From the NCBI RefSeq assembly GCF_009834535.1, contig NC_045696.1, positions 17,610,001-17,674,000 on the forward strand: 64,000 nt of DNA, given 5' to 3'. Of this stretch, positions 35,516-49,612 are shown one piece after another (the first letter of the stretch is position 1; each line of letters starts with the position of its first letter). The position numbers were made by a program, and so were the translations under genes. The stretch is from Camelus ferus. Taxonomy: Eukaryota. Below the pieces are notes generated by a model, which did not search any database, was not told where the DNA came from, and saw nothing but the letters and a program-made list of their open reading frames with translations.

Positions 35516-36494
35516 CTGAGAATGGAGCAGCCCCAGGCCAGTACAGATGTCTTAGGGACTTCAGAGGAACCCCCACGGCCGGTGACGCCGTCTGCTTGGG
35601 AGGGCCAGGCCAGCTGGTGCATTGCTTCTCAGAGGGTGAAATAGTATTTACTCTCAGACCGTGCTGAATTCCAAATACTCTTCCTTCCCAAAATACAACT
35701 TGGACAATACTCCATTTACCATATCAGACAGGAGGCCCACCTAATCCAAAGTTTTTGATTGAAGTTACATATTTAATGACATATTTTAGATAAAAGACAT
35801 ATTATACTACATAATACTATATATAATATATACTATATATGGAAATAAATATTTTGAGTTTAAGTATCCCTTTTAACCAGGAGAAACTTCTTGTATTTCC
35901 CCAGTTGACTTTTATCACTTTGTAGAAGCATTATAAGTAGATGCAATAAGAAATTGGTCAATAACCCACATAAGCTGTAAATAAATAGAATACATATATC
36001 TTAATTTTTAAATAATGCCCAGAAACTGTAAAAGAGGAGAAAATCATCATCCTTCTTTTGGCATTTTTGTCCCTTGTGTATTTGTTATACTGATGCATCA
36101 TTGTCAATGTTAAGGGTAATTGTATTTTCTAACCAGGAAAAAGGTGAGACTTTTAAAGAGCATGCCAATAAAGCCATTCTCCCTTCTGCTTTCCTTTTGT
36201 AGAAAATATAATTTCCCTTTAATTCCACCTCTGAAGAAAATTGCAAATAAGTGGTAGGAAAGGCTGAAGCATCAATTTAAAAACACTGTGCAGCTGTAAC
36301 ATAAACAGTAATTTATTTGTGAACAAGAGAAATTTATATGGAAAGGAAGTTGGGGTTTAGTAGAAAGCTGATACTGGCTTCTGGAAGAATGATATGGAAA
36401 TAAAGGTGGTAAATCCAAACTATTCTATTAAAAGAGAAACCATCATTTCTTTTTCCCCCCAAAGTGTTTTTAACATCACTAGCTTATATTTTAT

Positions 36495-36670
36495 ATGGAG
36501 TTAAAATGAACTGCGTTCAGATCCTGACTTTGCAAAAAAAACTGTGTGACTCTCGCAAGTTACACAAAATCTCTGAGCTTGGCTTACCTTATCTGTAGGA
36601 AATAGGCATAATGACAAATAAAATACAATTAGTTGAAGAATTAAGTGAATTTGCCTATTATAGTGTCAAT
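36495..36670 (+). mobile_element. MIR SINE
   Basis: GTTCAGATCCTGACTTTGC...CTGTGTGACTCTCGCAAGTTAC...CTCTGAGCTT...CCTTATCTGTA. Confidence 0.75.
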
Positions 36671-38064
36671 AATTACAGGTTCTCTTATTCAGACACTTCA
36701 GCTGGATACACGTATGTTGGACCTACTGCCCTCAACTTGTATTTTACTTTCTTTTAAGAAGGAAAAAGAGAGAGACAGATAAAGAGAGCAAGAAGAGATG
36801 GAGGGAGGGAAGGAGTAAGGAAGGGAGGAAATGGGGGTGGATGTTTGGTGGACCACAGTGGGTTTATTTTTAATTACTCCCCTCCTTCATTTGGGATTAT
36901 TGCAGTTTATTTTTTTAAATCATGAAAAATCAAGTTTATTTCATAAAGTATATAAGTTAGTTTCTTGTATTTTTCCACCAGCTTATTTTCTTTTCTACTT
37001 TAAAGCTCATAATAGAGCAACAAAATAAAGCAGTGGAGTGAACGCAGGGACTTCCAGGCATATCCAGTCATGAGCTGTCCTACGATGATCTAGTTTCATC
37101 TTCTACTTTCTGTTTCATGTCCTCGGGGCAAGTTAGGTTTGTGCTATTGGAGAAAGGTTAAATTACCCTCTGCCTTCTACAAAGAATATAACACTCAAGA
37201 TAAAGCAGAGCCATTCCCCACCACCCCAAGGTAATAGGCAAGCAGCAGCTTCCATCTACCTATTCTTTAATTCAGGTGTATAAACGGGCAAAGAAGTAAT
37301 TCAGTGGAGAAATGGCATAGAATTGATTAGTTTCCCATTTGAAAAGCTTCATGTAAAAACATATGAATATCTGAATTAAAAATTGGCTTAAACTAGATTC
37401 ATTGCTCTCAGCATCCAAGAAGTTAAACAGGCCTGGCGCACTTAATTGTAGACATGCTCTTAAGCATTCAGCTCTGCCAATTTCCAGCCCACACAAGCAG
37501 CTCTTGTACTATAATGGAAAAATGCAGGTGTGTCTTTGTACGTGCCTAAATTCAATCCCAGTTTGAGCTTTAGATGCCCAAATAAGTATCTATGAAAAAT
37601 TGTTTTTATTTTTTTTCTATTTTCACTCACCATATTTAAAAACAGAATACTGATGTCAGTGTATTTTGTTATAGAGATTTTGGAGATGGCATCAAAAGTT
37701 ACTGTAATTCCATAGCATCTAATACATTAATCATTCAATGTATAAATAATAAAAATGTGATTGAGTATTATGTATTTAAATTCAACTAACATCTCCTTTT
37801 AAAGTTTATTTTGAAAGCTATTCTGAAATGAAATGAAACTTACTTTGTCCTTTGGCTCATTCAAAGGAAAGAATAGAATAAATTTATTTAAATTATTGGC
37901 AGTTCTGATTAGAACTGAATGCTTTACTTTCCCCTCTCATGCATTGTCCTTAAAAGACCATTTAAAAAATTATAAGGTGAAGTGGCTATATTTCATTTTT
38001 ATTACCCCAAAGTTCTTTATCCAAAAGTTACTTAGAGCAGTGATTCAGAAATGTGATTCAGGGA

Positions 38065-38500
38065 TCAGATCCCCACCCCTCCACTCTTAGTCCTCACTGC
38101 CTGGGCAGGACTCCGCCCCTATCTCCAGAGCACTGCCGAAGTGGAGATCCAGGCCAAAGCTCCTTTGGTTCAGGGCTGAGCACGTGACCTGAACATGCAT
38201 CACATGACATATGTGGAAGTTACCAGAAAACAGGATTCTTGCTTATTTACTTGCATAGAAATTGATGGGCATCCATCTTATAATCACAAAGAAGGAATCT
38301 GTCTGGCAAGGAGGAGCAGACAACAGCTGAACAAGAAATTGGCTAAGAAATGGCCAACATTGTTTCTGCTTTTATATCCAGATGTAACTGAAAGCAGATC
38401 TGAGACCCCTGAATTTATCAGTTACATGAGTCAATAAATTCATTTTTGCTCCAGTCAGTTTCAATTATGTTTTACGTCATTTGCAACTAAATGATAATAA
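38065..38500 (+). mobile_element. Old MaLR LTR (MLT1J/K-like)
   Basis: 3' signature CCCTGAATTTATCAGTTACATGAGTCAATAAATTC...CCAGTCAGTTTCAATT...GTCATTTGCAACTAAA; 5' boundary uncertain. Confidence 0.7.
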
Positions 38501-39798
38501 CTCTATGTACAGTGAGATAAGAGTTTCTTTTCACATTATTATTTTCTAACATTACCAAGTTACAATGATGATATTTATAATTTTACAGAAACAGTTCAAA
38601 TAATAGCATACCTTGATATATAAAAGATAATCCAAAAAGCATTACTACTGTTGGTATAGCTTAATAAATCTCACAATTATGATTTGTCACATTTAGGAAG
38701 TAATAGTTCCTTTTTTTCCATTATACAACAGTTTACACATTCTTTAGTAGGACCTGAAAATAATGGGAGTATATAAAATATACATATATAAACCAAAATG
38801 ACTCTTTTAAAATATATAGTTGATTAATTCTGTTCAAGTAAGGCATTGAATAGTCCTGATCCTCAGACATTTAAAAACTCAGAGAACTAAAAGTAAAAAT
38901 GAAATTATAACCTGCATCTTGACTTATGGATGATTCAAATTTATATCAGGCCCTTACTTCCTGAAATTTGTAAGTATTAATTTATCTCTGCTTCTTTAAA
39001 AAATGGCTTAAATCAAAGAATAAAGACTATTCATTAAACATTGGTATATTTAGCCTTACGCTAATAATCAGACCATTAGGCTAGAGGTAAGAAGCCTGTG
39101 CAACTAACTCGTTTCATTTTCTCAGTGATGCAGGGAACTTAGACTCATTCACCTCTCAGGTCAGATATAAGCTGTCAGGCTGGGATCCAGTTTTGTGCTC
39201 TGATCATCATTGCTTAAAAGTGATTCAGGACTTGATGTTGCTGTGTTGATTCTGAAACTGAAGCTCAGACTCTCACCACAGATTTCTCCTACCCTATTAA
39301 GAGATCTCATTTCCCCTTTTCTTAAGTGTAGGGGGTCCAGTGGCCAAAGTTTTTAACTCTCATTGTGGCCATTTGTATATTTTACCAGGTCCTGTCAAAG
39401 CACTAGCTTGTACATGCCTTATTTCTAGTGTCTAATTTGAGGGATGGAGCCCACCTCCTGATCTCTTGACTTTACCTCTAGATGCCAACAGATCTAAAGA
39501 CCCTATTACTGAGTTTCTGTAGCTTGTTGGAGACATCCTGTTGGTAGATGGACTGCTTACAACTGAGCGATGCTTTGAAATACTTTTAAATAGAGTGTGA
39601 GAGCATGGTTGTTGCTGAAACTTGGATAGTAAGCCTTCGCCTTCCAGATGAATTCCCCCAATCCATGGAGGTTTCCACTGACAGCTGATCATTCTAGTAA
39701 GTGTGATGCTTCTCAGTCTCCCTGTCCTCCTCCTTGCTCTTTGGTCCTCAGCTATTTCTTTGTGTAAATGGCAGAAGAAACAGCAAAAGAGATTGTCA

Positions 39799-40268
39799 TG
39801 TTAGGAGAATGCTGTGGTGTAAGTTTATGGTTTACTTTTAGGAATTAATGCTGAGTGTGTGAGGGAGGTAAGCCTCTGACCACTCTTTACCTGGGCCATT
39901 TCACAGGTTGTGTTTGTGCTGAGCAATCTTGAGACATGAAGTAACATCTCCTACCCTGACAGAGTAGACTGACTTACCCCCTGTTGTAAAGCAGCCAACT
40001 TCCCAAGCTAAGTGTTCCTTCCCTGTGATGCAGCCCACTGTGTGTGTAGTTTTCTAGTTCAATCTGCATTCTTCCTGTGGGAACTGGGTCTCAGGGAACT
40101 GGCATGAATATGCTAACACCCAAGCTATTGCTTTTTCTGAGAGTAATACAGCTTTTTGTCTCTGACCCAGGAGTTTCATGTCTTCTGACAGCTTCCATGA
40201 AACTGCAGTAGGCTAACATGTCAGTTTGCAAGTAAGGTCAAATCTTAAACCCTTCAGGGTTCTTACCA
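39799..40268 (+). mobile_element. LTR40-family ERVL solo LTR
   Basis: TG...CA ends; CCTGTGGGAACTGGG, GTCTCTGACCCAGGAGTTTCATGTCTTCTG...CCATGAAACTG...GGCTAAC...TTGCAAGTAAGG...CCCTTCA. Confidence 0.9.
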
Positions 40269-41084
40269 ATTACGAGTCAGGGGATACGTTAGATTAGGGG
40301 GGAAAAGTATATTTTGTTTTTTACTTTAATTTTCCTTACACTTTTTAAATATAAAATACTCAATATACAGTGGCTAATTGTTACATGGAATGATGTGGAA
40401 CTTATAATATACATAAGCTAGTATGCATGTTTCATCATAATGAGCATTAATAAAGGCCCTGTCAATAATAATAATCCTCAGGGATTTATATAAAGAACCT
40501 ATACCATCCAACTAATAAGAATTGTGTCAATCAGTTAATAATAAATTATGGTCATTAGTTTTAAAACTGTATTTTTTACCTTGAACTTTGGAGAACCACA
40601 TTTTCTCTGGAGCATTTCAAGCACAGAAATTTCATTTCTGAAACATACATTAACCGAATAGCTATACCTGTATGGCAATCCTCTATTTTTCCCTTCTTGT
40701 CAATTAAAATGCTATATAGTTTTGTTAGGTAACCAAAATCCAAAGTGATATATAAAGTTACAACTCTTATTTGTCTGATGTGTCTCTAAGATCTACAAAG
40801 AGCAGACATGGTGGTGCAGAGATAAATATTTCTTAAAAATAGGGCTGTGCTGACTGATGATGATCTGGAACAACCTGACTGAGGGAGATGAAGGCAAAGG
40901 CATCTGTAAGAGACTAGGAGTTCAACTGTGCAATAGGACAAGCTTCTTCTGTTCTGAAGCTAGAATACCTGAGTGGCTGGAAGAAATTGCATCTATGTCT
41001 ATGTCTTTAACTATGTTTATCTACATTCACATTTATCTATACATGAGCATCTCTATCTAAAAACTCAAGCTAACATTGAAAAAG

Positions 41085-41255
41085 CCTTCCTTCCTCCCTT
41101 CCTTCCTTTCTTCTTTCTTTTTTCCTTCCCTTCCTCCTTTCTCTGTCTTCCTTTCTTTCTCTCTTTCTTCCTTCCTCCCCTCCTTCCTACCATACTCTGT
41201 CTCCCTCTCCCCATCTTTCACTTTCCTTCCTTCCTTCTTTCTTACTTTTCTTTTA
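41085..41255. repeat. (CCTT)n / CT-rich polypyrimidine low-complexity tract
   Basis: Read directly from the sequence. Confidence 0.9.
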
Positions 41256-41575
41256 ACATATTCATGAAAAAAGTGCTTCCTCTTCTACTTTTGCTTCTGA
41301 ATATACTAATTTTTATTATTATATTTACAAGTCATTTAAATTATCTTAGAAGAAGTTTGAATTTAAAGCTTAAGAAAATATTAAAAGCATACAGGAACTT
41401 TAAGGTTAACTGATTTAAGGCAATTTAGAACCAAATTTTTCAAACTGATAGCAAAAATTTGAGACTTCTTCACTGAAATATATAAACCAATATAAGGAAA
41501 GAATCCATTTAGAATAATATACAGATTAGAAATGGATTATTTCACACAAATAACTGTTGCTTAGATAATCTCAAC

Positions 41576-41902
41576 TTTATTTTATTTTTAAATTGATATA
41601 ATTGACATACAGCATTGCATGTTTAAGGTGTACAATGTGTGTATTTGATACATATACATATTACAATGTGATTACCACCATAGTGTTAAGTAACACCTCT
41701 GTACCCCTGTTATATCACATAATTATCATTCCTTTTTTTTTTTTTTTTGTAATGAGAACATTTAAGATCTAGTCTCTTAGCAACTTTGGAGTATATAATA
41801 CAACATTGTTGACTTTAACCACAATGCTATGCATTGGATCTCCAGCATTTATTCATCTTCCAACTGCAAGTTTGTGCCCTTTGATCCACATCTCCCAATT
41901 CC
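41576..41902 (-). mobile_element. L1MA9-like 3' end
   Basis: ATAATTGACATAC...TTTAAGGTGTACAA...GAGAACATTTAAGATCTAGTCTCTTAGCAACTTT...AACTGCAAGTTTGTGCCCTTTGA. Confidence 0.85.
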
Positions 41903-42957
41903 ATTTTAATAAATGGAAATTGATTCATTATGTTTGACATAGCCAGAATTTAAACAGATAAGTGGGAACTATAGGAGGATAAGAAAATTATATCCATTAA
42001 TTATGACAAGAAAACTATACTCATATGTTTGCGCAATGATCTTACAGTCACTTCAATGAGAAAAATAATTAAATGCATTTAAAAACTTAAATTTTAATCA
42101 AAATTAGCAATTTTTTGCTCACCACCGAGCACAGTAAACCTTTTTCAGGAGGAACATTCTGATTGACATGACTAGAAATACTTGCTGTATATGAAACAGT
42201 GAATTCTCTTTTCTCCTACCTATAGGTTAGTAAAGCAACTGAAAAAAAAAAATTCTTCAGCGTGTATTTCTTGTATTAATGCACGAGTAAGGCAAAAGTT
42301 CACCAGAGCTGTTGACTTATCTGCATATAAAATGTTGAGTGCTATCCAGGAGAGAGTGCTAAATGTTCCACAGCATTGCAAATTTGCATAATGAAGAAGA
42401 GAGCACATTTAATTCACCATTAACTTGTTAAAACTCTCTGTAATATTTTCTCTCTGTAATTTATTTTTATATGCATTACAAGGTAATTGAAATCAAAACT
42501 GCAATAGGTTAATGTAGTAAAAGGGAAAAAAAAAGGAAACTCTGAACTGGATTTGCCCTTAGAATATTATCATAAAGAGCCAGGATATTAGAATCTGTAA
42601 GTGTTGAAGGCTATTCATTGAAGCCTGATATTGGACTTCCAGATGGTAGGTAAAACACTTTTAGTCAATTTTTATTTACACCTTCTGCAGAGATTATGCA
42701 TTAGCAAGCAAAAAGTACAAAACACTATGAAGTACTGTCTTACATTTTTGTATGATGTCCATAATAACTGAAAATTCTGAAAAGATAGGATGAACCAGAC
42801 AATTAGAAATAAACATGTGGGCAATTGCTTACCACCCTCAGAACTCCAACTTGGTTGATAAGCATGTTTGTAATCAGTATGGAAATGACTCAGAAATATC
42901 AGAATGGTAATAGTAAACATAAGCGATAAGTGATATGTTTTAACATAATCCCCATTA

Positions 42958-43142
42958 TAAACATAGTTCTACACTGTATAGCACAGGGAAATATACACAA
43001 AATGTTATGATAACTCACAGAGAAAAAAATGTGACAATGAGTGTGTATATGTGCATGAATAACTGAAAAATTGTGCTGGACACTGGAATTTGACACAACA
43101 TTGTAAAATGATTATAAATCAATAAAAAATGTTAAAAAAAAA
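42958..43142 (+). mobile_element. Young camelid-type L1 3' end with poly(A)
   Basis: CTGTATAGCACAGGGAAATATA...GAAAAATTGTGCTGGACACTGGAATTTGACACAACATTGTAAAATGATTATAAATCAATAAAAAATGTT then poly(A). Confidence 0.9.
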
Positions 43143-46100
43143 TTTATCCCTCAGGTTGAAAGTAGAAAGGGAGAAGGGAACAATTCTATATCATGCCATG
43201 TGTCCATGAGATTAAAAGCAACAGTCTCAGAAGAACAACTTTTCTGGCCTCCTGTATCCAAAAGAAATGTTTCTACTGGTTCTTAATAAAAGAGATTCTG
43301 TGGGATGAAATGCAAATACAGCATCAAAAAAAAAAAAAAAACATAGTTCTCATCAAATCCCTTTCTGTAAGTGGGAATGAATCTAATACTTTTCTTTACA
43401 CCCAGTACGTGACATTAAAAATCAGCTTTAAAATTATGCTTCCCAAAAAAGGCATCTGAACAACAGCTCAACAGAGATCCAACTTATATCCATTCCTTCA
43501 CGTTTAAAAAATGATATTTTTAGTATTTGCAGGTATGACCTGGAAAACATACATATTTTGACAAGTGTTAAATAACTGATAATTAAACTAACCAGAACTA
43601 AATATCATTATTAAACACTGTAGTTCTTTAAATACAGAAGCATCTTTTCTCCCAACTATTCCCAAGTATAATTTTTCCTGTGCCTATAAACGGCATTTAT
43701 TAATTATAACTACTTTCTAAAACTTTGTAAATGTCTGCAGTTTTAGGAAATGCCTCTTCTTTCCCATTTCGGCCAATTGCTCCACAGCCTCCTTTCCGTC
43801 TTTTTAGTCCTTCATTTATCTCCCACTTAACCCCCTGAAAACAAATTAAATTTTCATGTACAGAAATGAGTTTCTAAATCTCTAATTTTAAGGAAACATG
43901 TTGGGAAAAATTCCTAAAATGGTATATGTGAATATATGTGAGAGCAAGCTAGAATAAGCCTGTATTTGCAAATGTACAACACATTTTAAAAATTACAACA
44001 TTTTTTAATACATTAAACACAACAATCATTATTTTTAATATAGTAAACTATAAACTCAAGATAGTAAAATTGAAATACATAGAAACAGATAGAATAAATA
44101 GAATTGAAAAACATAGAAAAAAGATAGAAGTAAAGAACAAGACTCTCTGCTCCTAGAATTAGCTATTGTTAAAATTTCATTGTGTGCTTTCTTTTTTTCA
44201 TTTAACTCTAAATAATGAGCATTTCTCATGTCATTCAAAATTTAAGAAATATTAATTGGCATTTTAATGATCATATTAATTTGTGAATCATTAATGATTA
44301 TGCATATTTAATTTAAATAAAATAAAGCATATTTTAATAATTTTATAATGAATTATATGCTTTGTACTGAAATAATTTCTTTCCAAAACAGAGAAGATAA
44401 CAGTATGAGGGAACAATTTCACTTGGTTAACAATGCTTTATTATTACCATTTTTATTATGTCACATTGCTACAGGGGACTGACATTTTACCATGAAGCTT
44501 GGTATCTGATCTCAAGCAAGGATTTCTTTTTATTCTTCCATAATACAAATTAATGTGATAATATATCAAGGATATACTTACTATTCTAAGTAAAAGTCAA
44601 AAATTAAAAACATAGATATATTAACAGAATCTTAAAGAGTGTAGAACTGAGAATAACTAAAAAAATATACTGTATTACTTGATCTAATCAGGGCTTATTT
44701 TAAACTCAAATAGTAAAAGGAGGTCATAAAAATATTACTTGATTGCAAGTATTCTTACTCAGAAATCTGTAAAAGCAGAACACTATTGCCAATACCACTT
44801 TCATTATAGTATCTCCTTGTTTGAAAAGGACTCCTTTCTGAAAGAATTATTTGCACTGCTGTCTGAGTTTTGTATTCACAGCATTTACAAAACCACTGAG
44901 CTATTTCATCAAAGAAAACGAAATTGAATCCATTTCCTGCTTATTAGGCAGTACTTTAGCTGCAAGAAAAATGTACAATCTTTAGATATGGGTTAGTTTT
45001 TTTTTTTAACAGAGATTCTTTTTTTTGACTTTCTAAGATCCACCCAAATTCAGGCTCAGCCACTATTTTCAATGAATTCTCTACTTATCACCAATTGGAA
45101 TCATTATCCAACAGAAACTCTCTAATAGATAACCAAAAATGGGTGGACATACTTTCATAAAACTAGGGAAGTACAGAGTGATGGATGAAGCCCAATTTGT
45201 TAACAGTCTTCAGAAACTAATAAAAACTATTATCACTCAGGTTCTAGCAGGGCCACAGCTAATGATACAAATGCCCAAGAAGTTCAAACCACTGGATTCG
45301 ACAATGATATGCCCAGCTTTTTATAAAAAAACAAACATCCATTTCAGTGTTATGGTCTTGCACCCCAGTGACTAATTGAGATATTACTCTTCAAGATGAC
45401 AAAGAAATTCTTCCATGCTCTAAACTGCAACCTCTTCCTTCCATTCTCAAAAGCTTAGGGAAGTGTGTGAGTTCATTAGTAACTGCTTTCTGAGAACAGT
45501 CTTTCCATTCAGGTACCTCCACTGACCTCCTCTGTGGATAGCTCCCAACCAAGTACCTGGCAACCTCGGTCTTCATAACCACAGCACTCACTTTTCTCAG
45601 AACTTCAACTGAAGCAACATTCACTTTGAAAGCAATGGTCTGAGAATGATGCTTTATCTTTGCCTTTTGACAGTTGTACCAAACAACTGGGCATTCCTTT
45701 TAGACCCTACATCTTGACTCCAACGTAACTTCACACTATTTCATTGAAGGACAATTTACAAAGAAGTCGTAGGCTTGAACTTTTTGTAAAGTTCAGAAAA
45801 ATTAACAGGGTTTTTTAAGCCCACGCCTTGCCATTGGCAGTATTATTGGTGAACTCTGACAAACGTTCCTGGTGATTGATTCCACTCAGGGTACTGTGCC
45901 ATTAAGAAAAAAGTGCTTCTAACACTGAGCTGTTATATGTCTTATTGACAGATAATGTACGCTGTGACACTGACTTGTTTTTCTCTGTGCTGTGATGGTA
46001 GAGATAGTCAGGAAAACTTTATATCCACCTTACTGCTTTCCTCACTAAGTGATCCCTGTATCACTGCCCATGTCTCTTCAACTACCTTTATTTTGTGGTT

Positions 46101-47846
46101 TTGATTCAGCTACCACTAGGAGTACGGGAGTTATTTATCTGTGTTTTCACTGTAGGCTAATGCAAACTCCATTTGCAAAGTATGTGTTCTCTCCCACAAT
46201 TCTCTTCTCTGTCTCCTGGATCTTTATATTTATAATTAAAAGTGGCCCAAAGTGTAAATACTCGTATATTAACTGCACTCATTTGATATGATAAAATGTC
46301 AAGAATGTCTTTATATGGAAAAACTTTATTAGACTAGAAACAAATATTATAGAATAATACTTTAGAAGTCTCATAATATTCAATTTCGGGAAAGTCACTC
46401 TTGTTTAATCATAGCAACATTGCCCTGAGTCATCCAGAATATTAACTAACAGTAGGACCCTGGGAAATTACTGTCCCTTCTGTGGTAAAATGGTGGAATC
46501 AGACTCACTATCTGCCATTAAGATTGTGAAAAGTTTTTGTGTTTCTATGAGAATCCTGTTTTTTGAAAATGCACAGCATGAATTCATTTAATTTTCCTGT
46601 AAGTTAAAAAAAATGGCAAATAGAAAACTTATTTTCATTCTTACCATCTTTAAAAATTATATACATTAAAATGCAGCATTTACTGATTCCATTGGACATG
46701 ACTGTTTTAGCAGCCATGCCCCTCCCCTAGGTCTTCTAGTTACCTAGAAATTTCCTGAAATGCAGGTAAGAAATATTCATTGGTGTCTGGAGCTAGGATT
46801 CCAGAGTCAGCATCCTGGATGGGAGCTGTCAGGATCCTGGCCAGCCCTGGGTCTCCTACAGGGCTCTCAAATCACATCCTATAAAATGAGGTGCTTCAAA
46901 CCACATTTAGGTAATTCAGGGCTTCAGTTTCAGAGGAGATAGAAGAAAGTAATAATGTGGCAAACAGAATATATTTAAGGGTGAATAGCCAAGTCAAAAT
47001 TTTTCTATGATTAGGATCAACATGTATAGATGAATAAAATCAGTAATAAGCATTGACCTAAAATAGATAGTCGAGGTATCAAAATGAGAGTGAGTCATGC
47101 AAGCAAGGTACCAAGCGGATTTAAGATTATTCACTTTGGAGCAAATACACACATGGGTGTACATACACACAGAACTTTTTCCTTAAGAGTGTTAAAAACT
47201 AAGATTCTATTGAAACACGGTTCGTATTTCAAGGTATTGAATAGCTTGAAGGTGAAGAAAGGCAAATAGACTATACTTTTGAAAAATATAAAGATAAAAT
47301 CTTAGCTGGAGAGGAAGCAGGTTGAGGAACTGTTCTTTGAATGAATGGATTTGAGAACTTCTGCAGTCTGATCGTTACTGAAAGAAAATGGCAGATACTA
47401 AGTATTAATGACATTGTGAGATCAAGAAATATATAAGAAACATAGTGAATAGATGTTAGTTTCCTTTTATTCTTATGGGCTGATCCCAGCAAGTATGTTG
47501 AATGAAGCATTCCTACCAACTGGCATGGGAAACTGTGGGATATGTTGTTTGTGGGTAGAGTGGAGATACGGAGTGCTTTGAAAGTGGGAAGATAGGATTG
47601 GGAAGTACATAATACTTGGTATTTATGGATAGGTAGAGGAGGAAGAAGCTTGGAAGGTGGATGTAACATGGTAACCATATGACACTGCTGACTAGGCTGA
47701 AGTGTGTAGTCAAAAAGTCACCTCTCATCAAATGGCTTGGGTTTTATTAGAATATCGGTATGATGTGGTGAGGTTTGAAAAACCTCTGTCAAAGTGCCAA
47801 GAACAGGGTGGACAGGCTATAGAATGGCTGCTGAAAATTTTACTAT

Positions 47847-48080
47847 TAATAATAATAGCTAAGATGTGTTTAGCACACTGTGCCAGGCACTCTTACTAAA
47901 CGTATTGCATGGGTTTCTTTAATACTCAAAAGAACCTTAAAAAAAAAAGGAATTATTATTTCCATTTTATAGAGGCATAGAGAAGTTAAGAAGTATTAAC
48001 CAAGGTTTTACAGGTTGTCAATGGTAGAGTCAAGATTCAAACACAGAGACTCTGTCTAGAGCTCATTTGCTTAACCATTT
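47847..48080 (-). mobile_element. MIR SINE
   Basis: AATAATAATAGCTAA...TGTGCCAGGCACT...TCCATTTTATAGAGGCATAGAGAAGTTAAG...CAAGATTCAAAC. Confidence 0.85.
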
Positions 48081-49474
48081 CTAATGAACTAGATATTTTC
48101 AACTAATAGAGAAGTCTAGAATTTGGAGGGTAGCACTTGATGGGACGCTTCTGTTCTCTGAGAAGCACTGTCTATCTCTGAGACAACTGACTATGTCTCA
48201 ACACTCTGGTTTTAGCAGTTCAGAGTAGACCCCACGAATTCTGTAAGTTCATGGAACTTGTTATTTTTTGCCTCCATGTTTGCATATTCCACATATTTTG
48301 CCACATGTTAATTTTTGTGAGGAATTTATATCTTTTGTTTCCAGAAACAATTACCCACAGGAAGTTAATGAGTTTACAGAATTCACTGGAGAGGATGGCA
48401 TACATAGGGGAATTCCCCAACACTATAGCACTAAGCCTCTACCATCCACTGGCTTTACCTCCCAGTATGTCATCCTCTATCCCCTCTCTCTTTTTCTCCC
48501 TGGAAGAGCACAACTGTGCTTCTTCTTGTGCAGAACACCTCGGCTCATATTCCTAATGTAGGAAGAATCTCACATTCTATATCAAACACTGACCGTCCTA
48601 AAAGCAATACAGTAAATATTTTCTCCGTTTCATGGCATTTGTTTTGCTGCATTCTCTGTGGTGATTCCTAGAATATGTATATAGTGACTATTTCTCCTTG
48701 TATTTGCGTGTGAAGTTGTTAAGAATCTATATGAGCTTTCTGTTTTTTAGTGTTTTATCTATAAAGTATTCTAGAATGAATTTTAAATCCAAGTAGCCCA
48801 TCTTCTGAAACTGAATGTTAGTTTAAAATTTAGTTTGCACACATACACATGGTGAATTTTAAGAAAACTTGGGTGTTTTTGGATCTGGATCAGGGCTTCA
48901 TGTTGGAGCACTGATATATGATATGTTTGGTAAATCACCTTAAAGGGGATTCTACATTCTATATGGATGTTAGTGAGGGGAGGAGGAACTTCGAGGCAAA
49001 GTGAAACCCACAGTGTCAATCTCCAGAAGTGAGCAAATTACTTAAGACTCAGAATAACTTTAATTCTACCTTGAGAAGTGTTCTCCTAGCATCCAGCAAA
49101 GAAATAGGCTGCTTGCAAAAGAAATGGGACAATATATTGCAGAGAAGGAAAGAGGGGGAACAAAATAAAGGTAAAGAAGGAAGACTTAAATAAGGAGACA
49201 GAACATGTATTTTAATTTTGCTTCTGCTACAAACTAGGTTGGTGGGGAGGGGTTGGACACATGGTTCAGCCTCCTGGACCTCTATTTTTATCTTGCCAAA
49301 TAAAAATTTGAAAATCATATAGCTGTTTCTTCCAAATCCAAACCTTAAGATTTTAAGAGGAATTTCACAATATTTTAGTCAAATAAGTTCCTGAATTTGA
49401 ACATTATTTTGCATCTCCAGGGGATTTATATTTCCACCTCTGGGAAAGATGCCTTTGAAAAACAAGAAACCTCA

Positions 49475-49612
49475 TCAGGGTTTAGATGCCTTCATTTCCC
49501 AGATGTGATTTTGGGCAAGTTATTTAACCTTTCTGAATCACACATGTTTACTTGATAAATAATAGTAGTGTGTACCTCATGAGGTTGTTTTGAGCATCAG
49601 CTGTGAAACTAA
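49475..49612 (+). mobile_element. MIR SINE fragment
   Basis: TGTGATTTTGGGCAAGTTATTTAACCTTTCTGAATC...TACCTCATGAGGTTGTTTTGAG. Confidence 0.75.
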
